A stretch of 64,000 nucleotides of DNA. It comes from Leptonemataceae bacterium. GTDB lineage: Bacteria > Spirochaetota > Leptospiria > Leptospirales > Leptonemataceae. Below, piece by piece: positions 46,985-55,258 of the stretch. The DNA lies in contig OZ245742.1 of the NCBI GenBank assembly GCA_965227295.1, positions 288,001 to 352,000 on the forward strand. The letters are read 5' to 3'. How positions within the stretch are numbered: position 1 is the first letter of the stretch; each line of letters begins with the position of its first letter. The translations under genes were made by a program, and so were the position numbers. The notes under the pieces were generated by a model. It saw only the letters and a program-made list of their open reading frames with translations. It did not search any database and had not been told where the DNA came from.

Positions 46985-49672
46985 GTGAGTGCCCGCCCTC
47001 CGCGCAATTCCACGGCCCGCACAGGCGCGGCGAAGGCCCTTTGTTTCGTAGTTTTACTTTTCGCGGCTCCCGGCGCGCTCGTTGCTCAGACACATTCCGC
47101 GCCGTCCATTCCGTTGAACGGCCTGGACTGGTACATTGCGCGCGGCTTCGATGCAAACGTGTTTGAGCTTTCGCCGGATGCTTTTTGGCCCGGCGAAACG
47201 GCGGCATCGCTCACCTTCGATCAGGTCGTCCAATTCCCCGTACAAATCTTTCGCATGTACCCCGAACTGCGACAGAACTGTACGCAATGCTTCGAGACCT
47301 TCACGCTCGTAACCTACTTCGATGCGCCGGAAGCATTGCGCAAGGGGCGACCGCAGCCGGGCATCCTCTTTGCCGAAATCGGCGAGGCGTTCGAAGTTTA
47401 TGTGAACGGAAAACTCATCGCGAAAGAGGGCATCGTTCGCGACGGCGACGTACGCTTTCATCGCACGGTGCGCAGCGTGGTCTACGAGATCGACGCGAAC
47501 GAACTGCGGGCCAGGGACAATCAGCTCGTGCTCAAACTCATGGGCGATCCGCGGTACCAGCACTTCGGCCTGTATGTGGATCGCGGCTACGAGATCGGCT
47601 TCTACGCGGAACTGCGCACGAAGGTCCGGGACAACATCGCCCTGTTTCTACTGAGCCTGTATCTCTTCGCGGGTTTGTATCATCTGCTGCTGGCTTCGGT
47701 CCGCCGTAAGGAACGGTACAATCTCTACTTCGGTGTCTTCTGCCTGGTCTTTTTCGTGTACCGCTGCACCCGCACGCCGATTATCTTCGAGTTACCCCTG
47801 GACTCGCTGTTCATCCGTCGCCTGGAACTGACAGTGCTGTATACGTTCGGGCCTTTGCTTACGGCGTTCTTCGACGATTACTTCGTCGGCCGCGTCTCAC
47901 GGTTGATCAAAGGCTACGCGATTTTTTGCGCCCTGCTCATCATCCCGAATCTCGTGCTCCCCATTCACCACGCCGAGTGGCCGTTCATTCGCATGTGGCA
48001 GGCGTCGATTCTACTCCTGGCGTTCCCGTATATCTTTTATCATCTCGCCCGGGCGACGATCAAACGTCTGCGCGGCGCCCGGCGTCTTTTGGCCGGCACC
48101 ATCCTGTTGTTCATTACGGCCGCCTTCGATATTGCCGACGCGGCGTACATGAACACCGGCATTGCGCTCACGAAGTACGGCCTGTTCTTGTTCGTCCTCG
48201 GCATCGCCTTAATCCTCGCGGATCGTTTCTTAAGACTGCACATCGAAGTCGAAGATCTGAACCGCACCCTCGAAAAGCGCGTGGAGGATCGCACCGGTCA
48301 GTTAAACCGCGCCCTGGGAGATTTACGCCAGACCTACGATGAGCTGCGCCAGCTCAAAGAAAAACAGGACGCCGATTATTATCTCACGTCGCTGTTGCTC
48401 CGACCGCTCAGTCTGAACCAGGCCGATGCCGATCGCGTGCGCGTGGAGTTTCACGTTCGCCAGAAGAAGGTCTTTCGTTTCCGGCGTTGGGAAAGCGAGA
48501 TCGGCGGGGACCTGTGCATCTCGAACTCCATCGTCCTGCGCGGCCGGCGCTACACGGCCTTCATCAACGCCGACGCTATGGGCAAGTCCATCCAGGGCGC
48601 CGGCGGCGCGTTAGTCCTCGGCGTCGTTTACAACTCCATGATCTCGCGGACCATCTCGTCCTTCGCCAATCAGAATCGTTTTCCGGAGCAATGGCTGAAG
48701 GCGAACTTCATCGAACTCCAGGACATCTTCCAGAGTTTCGACGGCCTCATGTCCGTCACCGCGCTCATGGGCCTGGTCGACGAAGAGAACGGTTTCACGT
48801 ACTATCTCAACGCCGAGCATCCGCGTTCGGTCTTGTATCGCGACGAGCGCGCGAGCTTTTTGCATCACAGCCGGCGTTATCTTAAGATCGGCAGCCCGGC
48901 CTTCGAAGGCCCGCTCATCGTCGACACCTTCGCCATGAAACCCGGCGACGTGATTCTCCACGGCTCCGATGGACGCGACGATCTCTACATCGGCGAGAAC
49001 GCCGACGGCACTCTGGAAGTGGTTTCCACCGAAGAAGACTTTCTGCTGCGGGTCGAAGAAGGGCGCGGCATCCTGCGCGAAATCGACGAGGCCATTCGCC
49101 GCTGCGGCGAGATGGTGGACGACATCTCGCTGCTACGCATCAGCTTTCTGGAAGATGCGCCGGCCGTGCCGGAAGAGAATCTGCCGCCGCAGTACGAAGA
49201 ACACCGCGACGCCGGGCGCCGGGCTTTCGCGGCCGGCGATTTTACGGCGACGCGACGACACTACGAGCAGGCGTTGGAATATTTTGACGGCGACGCCCGC
49301 GATGCCCTTGAGTTTGCGCGGGCGTGTGAAAAGCTGGAGGACTACGAGCGCATCGGCGATTGCATCGAAGATTGCACGGGACGATTCCCCGGCGAGGACG
49401 AATTGATTTTGATCGGCGCCCGGGCCTACAAACACCTGGGCCGCTACGAAACCGCGGCGGACTACGGTGAACGCATTCGCCTGCGCAATCCCCGTCACGT
49501 CGAGAATCTACTCAACCTGGCCGACGTCTATCGTCACCTGGAACACTATCCGAGCTTTGAACGCATTGTGGACGAATTGCTCGACATCGATCCCGACAAC
49601 GCCGGGGCGGTGGAGTTGATTCGGGCCGTGTTCGGAGAATATCCCATCCCGCCGGAACGACGCTCACACTAA
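46985..49672 (+). CDS. 7TM-DISM sensor with PP2C/SpoIIE phosphatase and C-terminal TPR-like repeats
   Basis: Extracellular beta domain, 7 TMs, coiled coil, IGGD, DAMGKS, NAEHP, SDG, DDISL motifs. Confidence 0.9.
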   Translation: MSARPPRNSTARTGAAKALCFVVLLFAAPGALVAQTHSAPSIPLNGLDWYIARGFDANVFELSPDAFWPGETAASLTFDQVVQFPVQIFRMYPELRQNCTQCFETFTLVTYFDAPEALRKGRPQPGILFAEIGEAFEVYVNGKLIAKEGIVRDGDVRFHRTVRSVVYEIDANELRARDNQLVLKLMGDPRYQHFGLYVDRGYEIGFYAELRTKVRDNIALFLLSLYLFAGLYHLLLASVRRKERYNLYFGVFCLVFFVYRCTRTPIIFELPLDSLFIRRLELTVLYTFGPLLTAFFDDYFVGRVSRLIKGYAIFCALLIIPNLVLPIHHAEWPFIRMWQASILLLAFPYIFYHLARATIKRLRGARRLLAGTILLFITAAFDIADAAYMNTGIALTKYGLFLFVLGIALILADRFLRLHIEVEDLNRTLEKRVEDRTGQLNRALGDLRQTYDELRQLKEKQDADYYLTSLLLRPLSLNQADADRVRVEFHVRQKKVFRFRRWESEIGGDLCISNSIVLRGRRYTAFINADAMGKSIQGAGGALVLGVVYNSMISRTISSFANQNRFPEQWLKANFIELQDIFQSFDGLMSVTALMGLVDEENGFTYYLNAEHPRSVLYRDERASFLHHSRRYLKIGSPAFEGPLIVDTFAMKPGDVILHGSDGRDDLYIGENADGTLEVVSTEEDFLLRVEEGRGILREIDEAIRRCGEMVDDISLLRISFLEDAPAVPEENLPPQYEEHRDAGRRAFAAGDFTATRRHYEQALEYFDGDARDALEFARACEKLEDYERIGDCIEDCTGRFPGEDELILIGARAYKHLGRYETAADYGERIRLRNPRHVENLLNLADVYRHLEHYPSFERIVDELLDIDPDNAGAVELIRAVFGEYPIPPERRSH

Positions 49673-51192
49673 CCGTGCCGACGACCGAAGAAGGCCCGCA
49701 GACGCAGGCCCGCAAAAAAGTTGGCGAGGCGCACACTGGCCCGGTAGCCCGCGTTGATGAGTCGATGGTTCCACTTGTGTTGCAAGACACCATCCGCCGT
49801 CATATGATCGGCCATGGAATGCCAGACCTGTTCCCAACGAAACGGATCCAGGCCGAGACCGTAGGACGGCACCCGTCGGTGAATCTGGATTACATCGTGC
49901 TCCAGGTCGCCGTACTTCGGGATGCGATACTGAATGCCGGTCTTCTGGAATCCGATGTCCCGGTAGATTTTCCATAGATGTTTGTCGGAACCGGCAATAA
50001 ACTTCGCCCGACCGGAAGTTATGAGAACGTGAAACAATCGTTCGAACATGCCGTGCAATATGTCGCTCTTGCGATAGTCGTGATGAATGCACAGCCCGGC
50101 GACTTCGATCATTGTGGCCGGAAGTCCCAGTTTCTGAAACTCTTCGGGCGGGACCAGCTTTTGAATCTCGAACTTGTTTTGTTCTCCGTCCGCAAACAGG
50201 ATCGTCACGGAAGCCACCAGGCGATCGTGGTGCCACGCCGTGAGAATGCGGCTGAACTGATCGTAATCGTACGTTACCGCGCCGAGGTCGGCGTCTCGAT
50301 CGATCTTACCCACCGCGGAATAGGTCGCGAGGCGCAGCCGACGCACGGCCTCGTAATCCTCCGGCGTCCGGGAGTAGCGGAAATTGATGACGCTCTTAAC
50401 GTCCTCGGTCACGAAGCCGACCTTTTTCAGTTTGATCGGCTCCCAGTCGAGGAACTGCAGGACGTACTGCACAATGCCCTTTTCCGTACTCGCCGGCAGG
50501 TCTTCGATGCGAATGGAAAATTCCACGCCGCCGTTCTCATCGTCCCAAACCCGCACGACCCGGCCGACCACCGGCTCCGTGGCAAAAAAGGTGCTGAGAT
50601 CGAAGTTGATGGTCATATCCGGAAAGACCACAAAAGAGCGATCGTAACATCGCGCGACAAAAAGTTTGCGCGAGAGAGCCGCGACTTTGATGAGGGAACG
50701 ATGATCGTACAAAAACGGATGCACGGCCAGGCCGGCAATTTCCACATCTCCCGGCAGATGCAACAACCGAATGCTCTTGCCGCCGCCGAGATCCTTAAGT
50801 TCCGGGCGCTCGGAGTTTACCCGCCGCAGCCCCAGGCGAACGCGTCCCTTTGTGCCGGCTTCTTTGCGAATGACCCGGCATTGAAAATCGAACCGTCGCC
50901 GCATGAACTGAAACGATACGTCCACCGTGGAATCCACGGTCACGCCCTGGATGGCCACGGCGCGGGCGGTCTCTACGCCGAAGCCCGTGGACGAGTAGTC
51001 CATGACCAGCAGCGGAATGGGAGAGTGGTTCGGGAGATGCAACGAGGCGGAGACCCCTTCTCCGCGACGAACTTCTACACGTCCGGCGCGCCGCTGCTCC
51101 AGACGCTCCCGGGCCGAGAGGGTCGGCGGAGTTCTCTTCGGGGATTTCGATTTCGTTGATTTTTTCGAGGAGCGTTGAGCCACGGCCTTCAA
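49669..51192 (-). CDS. PilZ-domain protein fused to a GNAT/FeeM-like N-acyltransferase domain
   Basis: RRAGR + DYSSTG PilZ motifs; RLRLATY, EVAGLCIH.DYR, YRDIGF acyltransferase motifs. Confidence 0.78.
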   Translation of the reverse strand: MKAVAQRSSKKSTKSKSPKRTPPTLSARERLEQRRAGRVEVRRGEGVSASLHLPNHSPIPLLVMDYSSTGFGVETARAVAIQGVTVDSTVDVSFQFMRRRFDFQCRVIRKEAGTKGRVRLGLRRVNSERPELKDLGGGKSIRLLHLPGDVEIAGLAVHPFLYDHRSLIKVAALSRKLFVARCYDRSFVVFPDMTINFDLSTFFATEPVVGRVVRVWDDENGGVEFSIRIEDLPASTEKGIVQYVLQFLDWEPIKLKKVGFVTEDVKSVINFRYSRTPEDYEAVRRLRLATYSAVGKIDRDADLGAVTYDYDQFSRILTAWHHDRLVASVTILFADGEQNKFEIQKLVPPEEFQKLGLPATMIEVAGLCIHHDYRKSDILHGMFERLFHVLITSGRAKFIAGSDKHLWKIYRDIGFQKTGIQYRIPKYGDLEHDVIQIHRRVPSYGLGLDPFRWEQVWHSMADHMTADGVLQHKWNHRLINAGYRASVRLANFFAGLRLRAFFGRRHG

Positions 51193-51356
51193 GCAATCAG
51201 TACGACGAATCTAATGGCAAGCGAAAATGAAGGTGATTTCAGAATCATCTCGCGCGCCGTCGCCATGCACCAGGAGCTGAGCGATTTTAACTTTTTGCGA
51301 AGGGAACTTAACCTTCCGCCAACCGATGTCGACGTCAGCGGCCCCGGCGGCATGAC

Positions 51357-51995
51357 TCACACTTTCAGCGTGCCGCTCTGCATGGCCGTCTTGAAGAACT
51401 CAATGCCGTCTTCGATGGGATCGTTCCCGGTGGCGCCCGTGCGCAGCAGGTCCGTCATGTCCAGGACGATGAGGCCGTAGATCCAGGCCCAGAGCGTGCT
51501 GGCAATGGCGCGGTAACGATCGGGGGGGTACATGATTTCGCCGTTGTTGATGCCCCGGCGCAGGGCTTCGAGGAATACGCGATAGCTCGTCGGTAGTTTG
51601 CGAAAGGACTTTCGGTACAAACCCATGTTGATCATGAGTTTGTGCAACTCACGATTCGTCGTGGCGAACTTCCAGTAGGTCCGCGCGAGGATTTCCAGCT
51701 CCGTGTATACGTCCAGCTTGCGTCCGGCGACGGCGTCCCGCAACATTTGCGTGAGCTGGAGTTCACCGTTAATGATGAGGCTCTGGATGATGGCTTCCTG
51801 GCTTTCGAAGTAAGCGTAGGGGCTGGCGACGCTGCACTGTAGAACGTGAGCAATGCGGCGCATGCTGAGTTTTTCCAGGCCTTCGTCCTGGATAATCGTA
51901 AGGGCCGCTTCGAGAATTTCTTCGCGGCTGAGACTACCGCGGGTACGGCGGGGATGACCGGGATTCGAAGTCGCCATCCCCGGCAGTATGCCCAT
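51357..51995 (-). CDS. TetR-family transcriptional regulator (WHG-like C-terminus)
   Basis: EILEAAL.II..EGLEKLSMRRIA..L.CS.ASPYAYF; LWAWIYG. Confidence 0.92.
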   Translation of the reverse strand: MGILPGMATSNPGHPRRTRGSLSREEILEAALTIIQDEGLEKLSMRRIAHVLQCSVASPYAYFESQEAIIQSLIINGELQLTQMLRDAVAGRKLDVYTELEILARTYWKFATTNRELHKLMINMGLYRKSFRKLPTSYRVFLEALRRGINNGEIMYPPDRYRAIASTLWAWIYGLIVLDMTDLLRTGATGNDPIEDGIEFFKTAMQSGTLKV

Positions 51996-52129
51996 CGTGA
52001 AAAAGGGCGCAAGAAAAAAGCGTTGTTGTGAATTGTTCTTGCTTCCCCCGCAGAAGAACGCACTTTCCAGTTGATATCCCGTCCAACTTGCAGCCGGCCC
52101 CGCCGGTAAATTCCCTCAGGAGCACATCA

Positions 52130-52621
52130 ATGAAATCACGCATTTCCTATGCTGTCGCAGCTTTCGCCGCCGCGAGTGTATTCGGCGCCGCGCTCTTCGC
52201 GGATACCCTTTCGCATTCCACCGCCGGCGTAAACATCTGGGTCCCGGACAATTGGTCTCAGGAAGGCGACGACAACATGCTCATCGCCGGTGATCCGAAC
52301 GAAGAGATCATCATGGTTTTCGGCATCCTCGAAGCGAGCGAAATCGACGCCGCCATCGAAGAGATGGATCGCGAGCTGAGCCAGATCGTCGAAAACGCCG
52401 AGCCCGTCGGCGAACCGGAAGAAGTCAAGATCAACGGCATGGACGCTATCGTCATGGACGGCAAAGGCAGCGTCGAAGGTACACCGGTGGAAATGGGCAT
52501 CGCCCTCATCGCCACGCCGAACAAAAAGATCCTGCTGGTCTTCGGTGTCGTTGAAGCCACGGCCGCCGAGAAACACGAGGCGACGGTGGAGAAGATCATG
52601 ATGGGCATTAAGCCGATGTAA
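52130..52621 (+). CDS. Secreted acidic hypothetical protein
   Basis: AGGAG RBS; signal peptide ending LFA; VPDNW motif. Confidence 0.85.
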   Translation: MKSRISYAVAAFAAASVFGAALFADTLSHSTAGVNIWVPDNWSQEGDDNMLIAGDPNEEIIMVFGILEASEIDAAIEEMDRELSQIVENAEPVGEPEEVKINGMDAIVMDGKGSVEGTPVEMGIALIATPNKKILLVFGVVEATAAEKHEATVEKIMMGIKPM

Positions 52622-52627
52622 GGGAAG

Positions 52628-53155
52628 TCACGCACCTCGGTGAAGGAAATTGGGAATATGATGCCGTTTCCTTCGCCGCAATTCATCGGGTGTTTCCCAT
52701 GCCTCAAGAGAGGCACGCCGATTTAATCTCATACGCCCCCGCGAGATATCTTCCATCTCACGTGAGATCTGCGTGATCTTGTGATCGAACAGTTCAAAAA
52801 GGGGTTCGCCCTGTAGAGTGGCCACGAATTGCTCGGCTTCACTTCGGGGCGCAAATTCGGCCCGAAACGCATAGATTGCTTGCAAGTTCAATCGACCTAC
52901 ATTGATAGCCGCCGTGATACACATGCCGGCTAACCACCAAATAAAAGCGTCCCAGAGCACGGCTGGCTTTGTGACGGCTTGAACGTATGTGGTCCGTTGG
53001 GCCTGACTATGATCAGGGCCAGGAATTGAGGCCCCTGTGCCGGTTCTTTGCACGCCCGACGGTAAATTTCTAAAATGATATATTAATCGTAATGCGGCAA
53101 CAAATGCCCCCGCAAGAGCCGGCACAGCGAAGATCTCAAAAACCATCCCCCACAA
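52628..53155 (-). CDS. Hypothetical membrane protein with atypical, lower-GC composition
   Basis: 175-aa ORF with two hydrophobic segments; visibly more AT-rich than its neighbours. Confidence 0.5.
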   Translation of the reverse strand: MWGMVFEIFAVPALAGAFVAALRLIYHFRNLPSGVQRTGTGASIPGPDHSQAQRTTYVQAVTKPAVLWDAFIWWLAGMCITAAINVGRLNLQAIYAFRAEFAPRSEAEQFVATLQGEPLFELFDHKITQISREMEDISRGRMRLNRRASLEAWETPDELRRRKRHHIPNFLHRGA

Positions 53156-53252
53156 CCACCGCCCCTAACTATCTCCGACAACAACTTTACAAACCAATCA
53201 TACCCGTACTAACCCCAGCCTCTCGACCTTTCATCCTCCTGCGCAACTCGCA

Positions 53253-54017
53253 TCACTCAAACACAAAATCATCCGCCCCGTAAACATTCAAACAATACGC
53301 CTGCAACAACGCCCCCGTTGCGTACGTCGGCGAGTAACCGTTGTCGGTGACGATCCCCACATCAAAGAACGCCGTCGTGCACTGCCCCGTGCGATTCGTC
53401 GACGTGCAGGCATTCGCGGCAAAGGTTCCCCCCGCATTCGAACAGTTCCCGCGCGCCGCGTCCTCCGCCGTGCCCGGCGCATAGTCCCGACACAACGACG
53501 CATCAATCACACAACTCCCGCCGCCGGAAACGGCGCCGTCACTCACGGCCGTGAAGTACGTGCCCGTACCGGCATCGAAAGGACTCACCTGCAAGATGTA
53601 GTCGCCCGCCGTCACCGAAACTTCGCGACGTTCTACGACGCCTGCCAGGCTGCGATCGTTTTGATAGATGGTGCGCACGCCGGGCAACGTCAGTGTCATC
53701 ACGGCATCGAGGACGGGACTCGCATATACCGTCGCAAGGACCGGCGAGTCCTGAGTGATGGTGAAAGAGTACAGGGCAATGTCGTTACCCGTGCCGAGTA
53801 CGCCGTAGCTTCCGGTACCGTCGAGGCTCAGTGCCCGCGGCGTACTTTCGACCAACACAACGCCGCCGGCGCCGAGCAGAAACAGCAGATCCGCGGAATC
53901 ATCCGCGGCGCTACGGCATGCCGGCAAGAACAGCACGCACAGCAATACACACGGCAGGAGTCGCCGCGAAATGCGCGGCCGCCCGCGGCGTGGATTTTTG
54001 ATCGACCTTTGCGTCAT
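53253..54017 (-). CDS. Putative lipoprotein with a PPC-like beta-sandwich and Cys-rich C-terminal domain
   Basis: Lipobox-like LPAC; AGDYILQV..GTY motif; six Cys in the last ~90 aa. Confidence 0.7.
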   Translation of the reverse strand: MTQRSIKNPRRGRPRISRRLLPCVLLCVLFLPACRSAADDSADLLFLLGAGGVVLVESTPRALSLDGTGSYGVLGTGNDIALYSFTITQDSPVLATVYASPVLDAVMTLTLPGVRTIYQNDRSLAGVVERREVSVTAGDYILQVSPFDAGTGTYFTAVSDGAVSGGGSCVIDASLCRDYAPGTAEDAARGNCSNAGGTFAANACTSTNRTGQCTTAFFDVGIVTDNGYSPTYATGALLQAYCLNVYGADDFVFE

Positions 54018-54104
54018 GCGTTTTCTACTGACTCTTAAGTATCCAAATAACGCTCTGAAATCAAACTATTTTCCAGCGCAATTTCATCACGGAGAACCAG
54101 GACG

Positions 54105-54881
54105 ATGGCCGAACTCATTCAACGCAACCTCGACGATAACGGGGTCCTCGATCTCAAGCTGAACATCAACGCTCAGAATCAAATGAACCCCGACGGTTTC
54201 GCCGCCCTGGAGGATGCACTCACGAAGGCGTCCGAAGACAAAGGCGTGCGTGTCCTTATGCTCGGCAGCGCCGCCGACGGATTCTACTCCAACGGCCTCG
54301 ATCCCGCCGCCGTGCACGGGCGCAGCGCCGCGGAAATCGAAAAGCTCATCGAGTTCTTCTTTTCGGTTCTCAAGAAGGTCCTGTTTTTTCCGGTGCCGGT
54401 TGTCGCCTGCATCAGCGGACATGCCATGGGTTACGGCGCCATGCTCGCCCTGTTCAGCGACTACCGTTTCATGATCGATAAGGGCGCGCGTATCGCGTTT
54501 CCGGAAATCAACATCGGCATCTCCCTGCCGGTGTTTGTCGTGCGCGTTTTACAGGATGTCGTCGGCCCCGCCGCGGCCCGGGATCTCCTCTATCTCGGCA
54601 AAGCGTTGAAAGGTCCCGACGCCCTGGAGCTAGGCCTTGTCGACGAGTTACACGAGGCCGACAAAATCGAAGACAAGGCCCGTGCCCTGGCGAAAAAGCT
54701 CGCCGGTCTTTCGGCTTCCGGTGTGCGCAGCATGAAGACGAACATCATCCAACGTTATGCCGGCGACGTCGATGCAATCATCGCGTCCGATCTCAAGGAC
54801 ACCCTGGCCCTCATGCAAAGCGCCGACGCCAAAGAAGGCTTTGCCGCAATGACGGAGAAACGTCGGCCGAAGTTCAGTTAA
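54105..54881 (+). CDS. Enoyl-CoA hydratase/isomerase (crotonase) family
   Basis: FYSNGLD, GHAMGYG, FPEINIG, EGFAAM.EKRRPKF. Confidence 0.93.
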   Translation: MAELIQRNLDDNGVLDLKLNINAQNQMNPDGFAALEDALTKASEDKGVRVLMLGSAADGFYSNGLDPAAVHGRSAAEIEKLIEFFFSVLKKVLFFPVPVVACISGHAMGYGAMLALFSDYRFMIDKGARIAFPEINIGISLPVFVVRVLQDVVGPAAARDLLYLGKALKGPDALELGLVDELHEADKIEDKARALAKKLAGLSASGVRSMKTNIIQRYAGDVDAIIASDLKDTLALMQSADAKEGFAAMTEKRRPKFS

Positions 54882-54924
54882 GAGCCGACACGGCCCGAAC
54901 TCAGGTGTAAGTCAAAAGATTTTT

Positions 54925-55211
54925 TTTGGGCGCCCCCGGCGCTACGCGCCGGTCGGGCTGCTCCGGGCTCCGCCTTCGGCTTCGGTCTTCGCTGCGCGAA
55001 GACTCGCTTCGCGACCCTTCACATCCCTGGCGCTTGTGGTTCACGGCTCTTGCGTTAGCGATTGGAAGGGTGGCCGAAGGCCAGTCCGCGCGTATCGCGG
55101 ACCGCAGCGAAGCGGAGCCCTGGGCCGCTCTCGGACATCCTGTCCTTCGCGGCATAAGGCCATCCATGGCCAAAAAAGCGCGCCCCTCGCGCAGCGAGGG
55201 GAACGCCCAAA
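54925..55211. repeat. REP-like family A inverted doublet (copies 6 and 7)
   Basis: Forward copy 54925-55033 and inverted copy 55052-55211, between convergent genes. Confidence 0.85.
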
Positions 55212-55258
55212 AAATTCTTAAGTTATCCGCTAACTTCCGATTCGGAGCGATTAAGATC

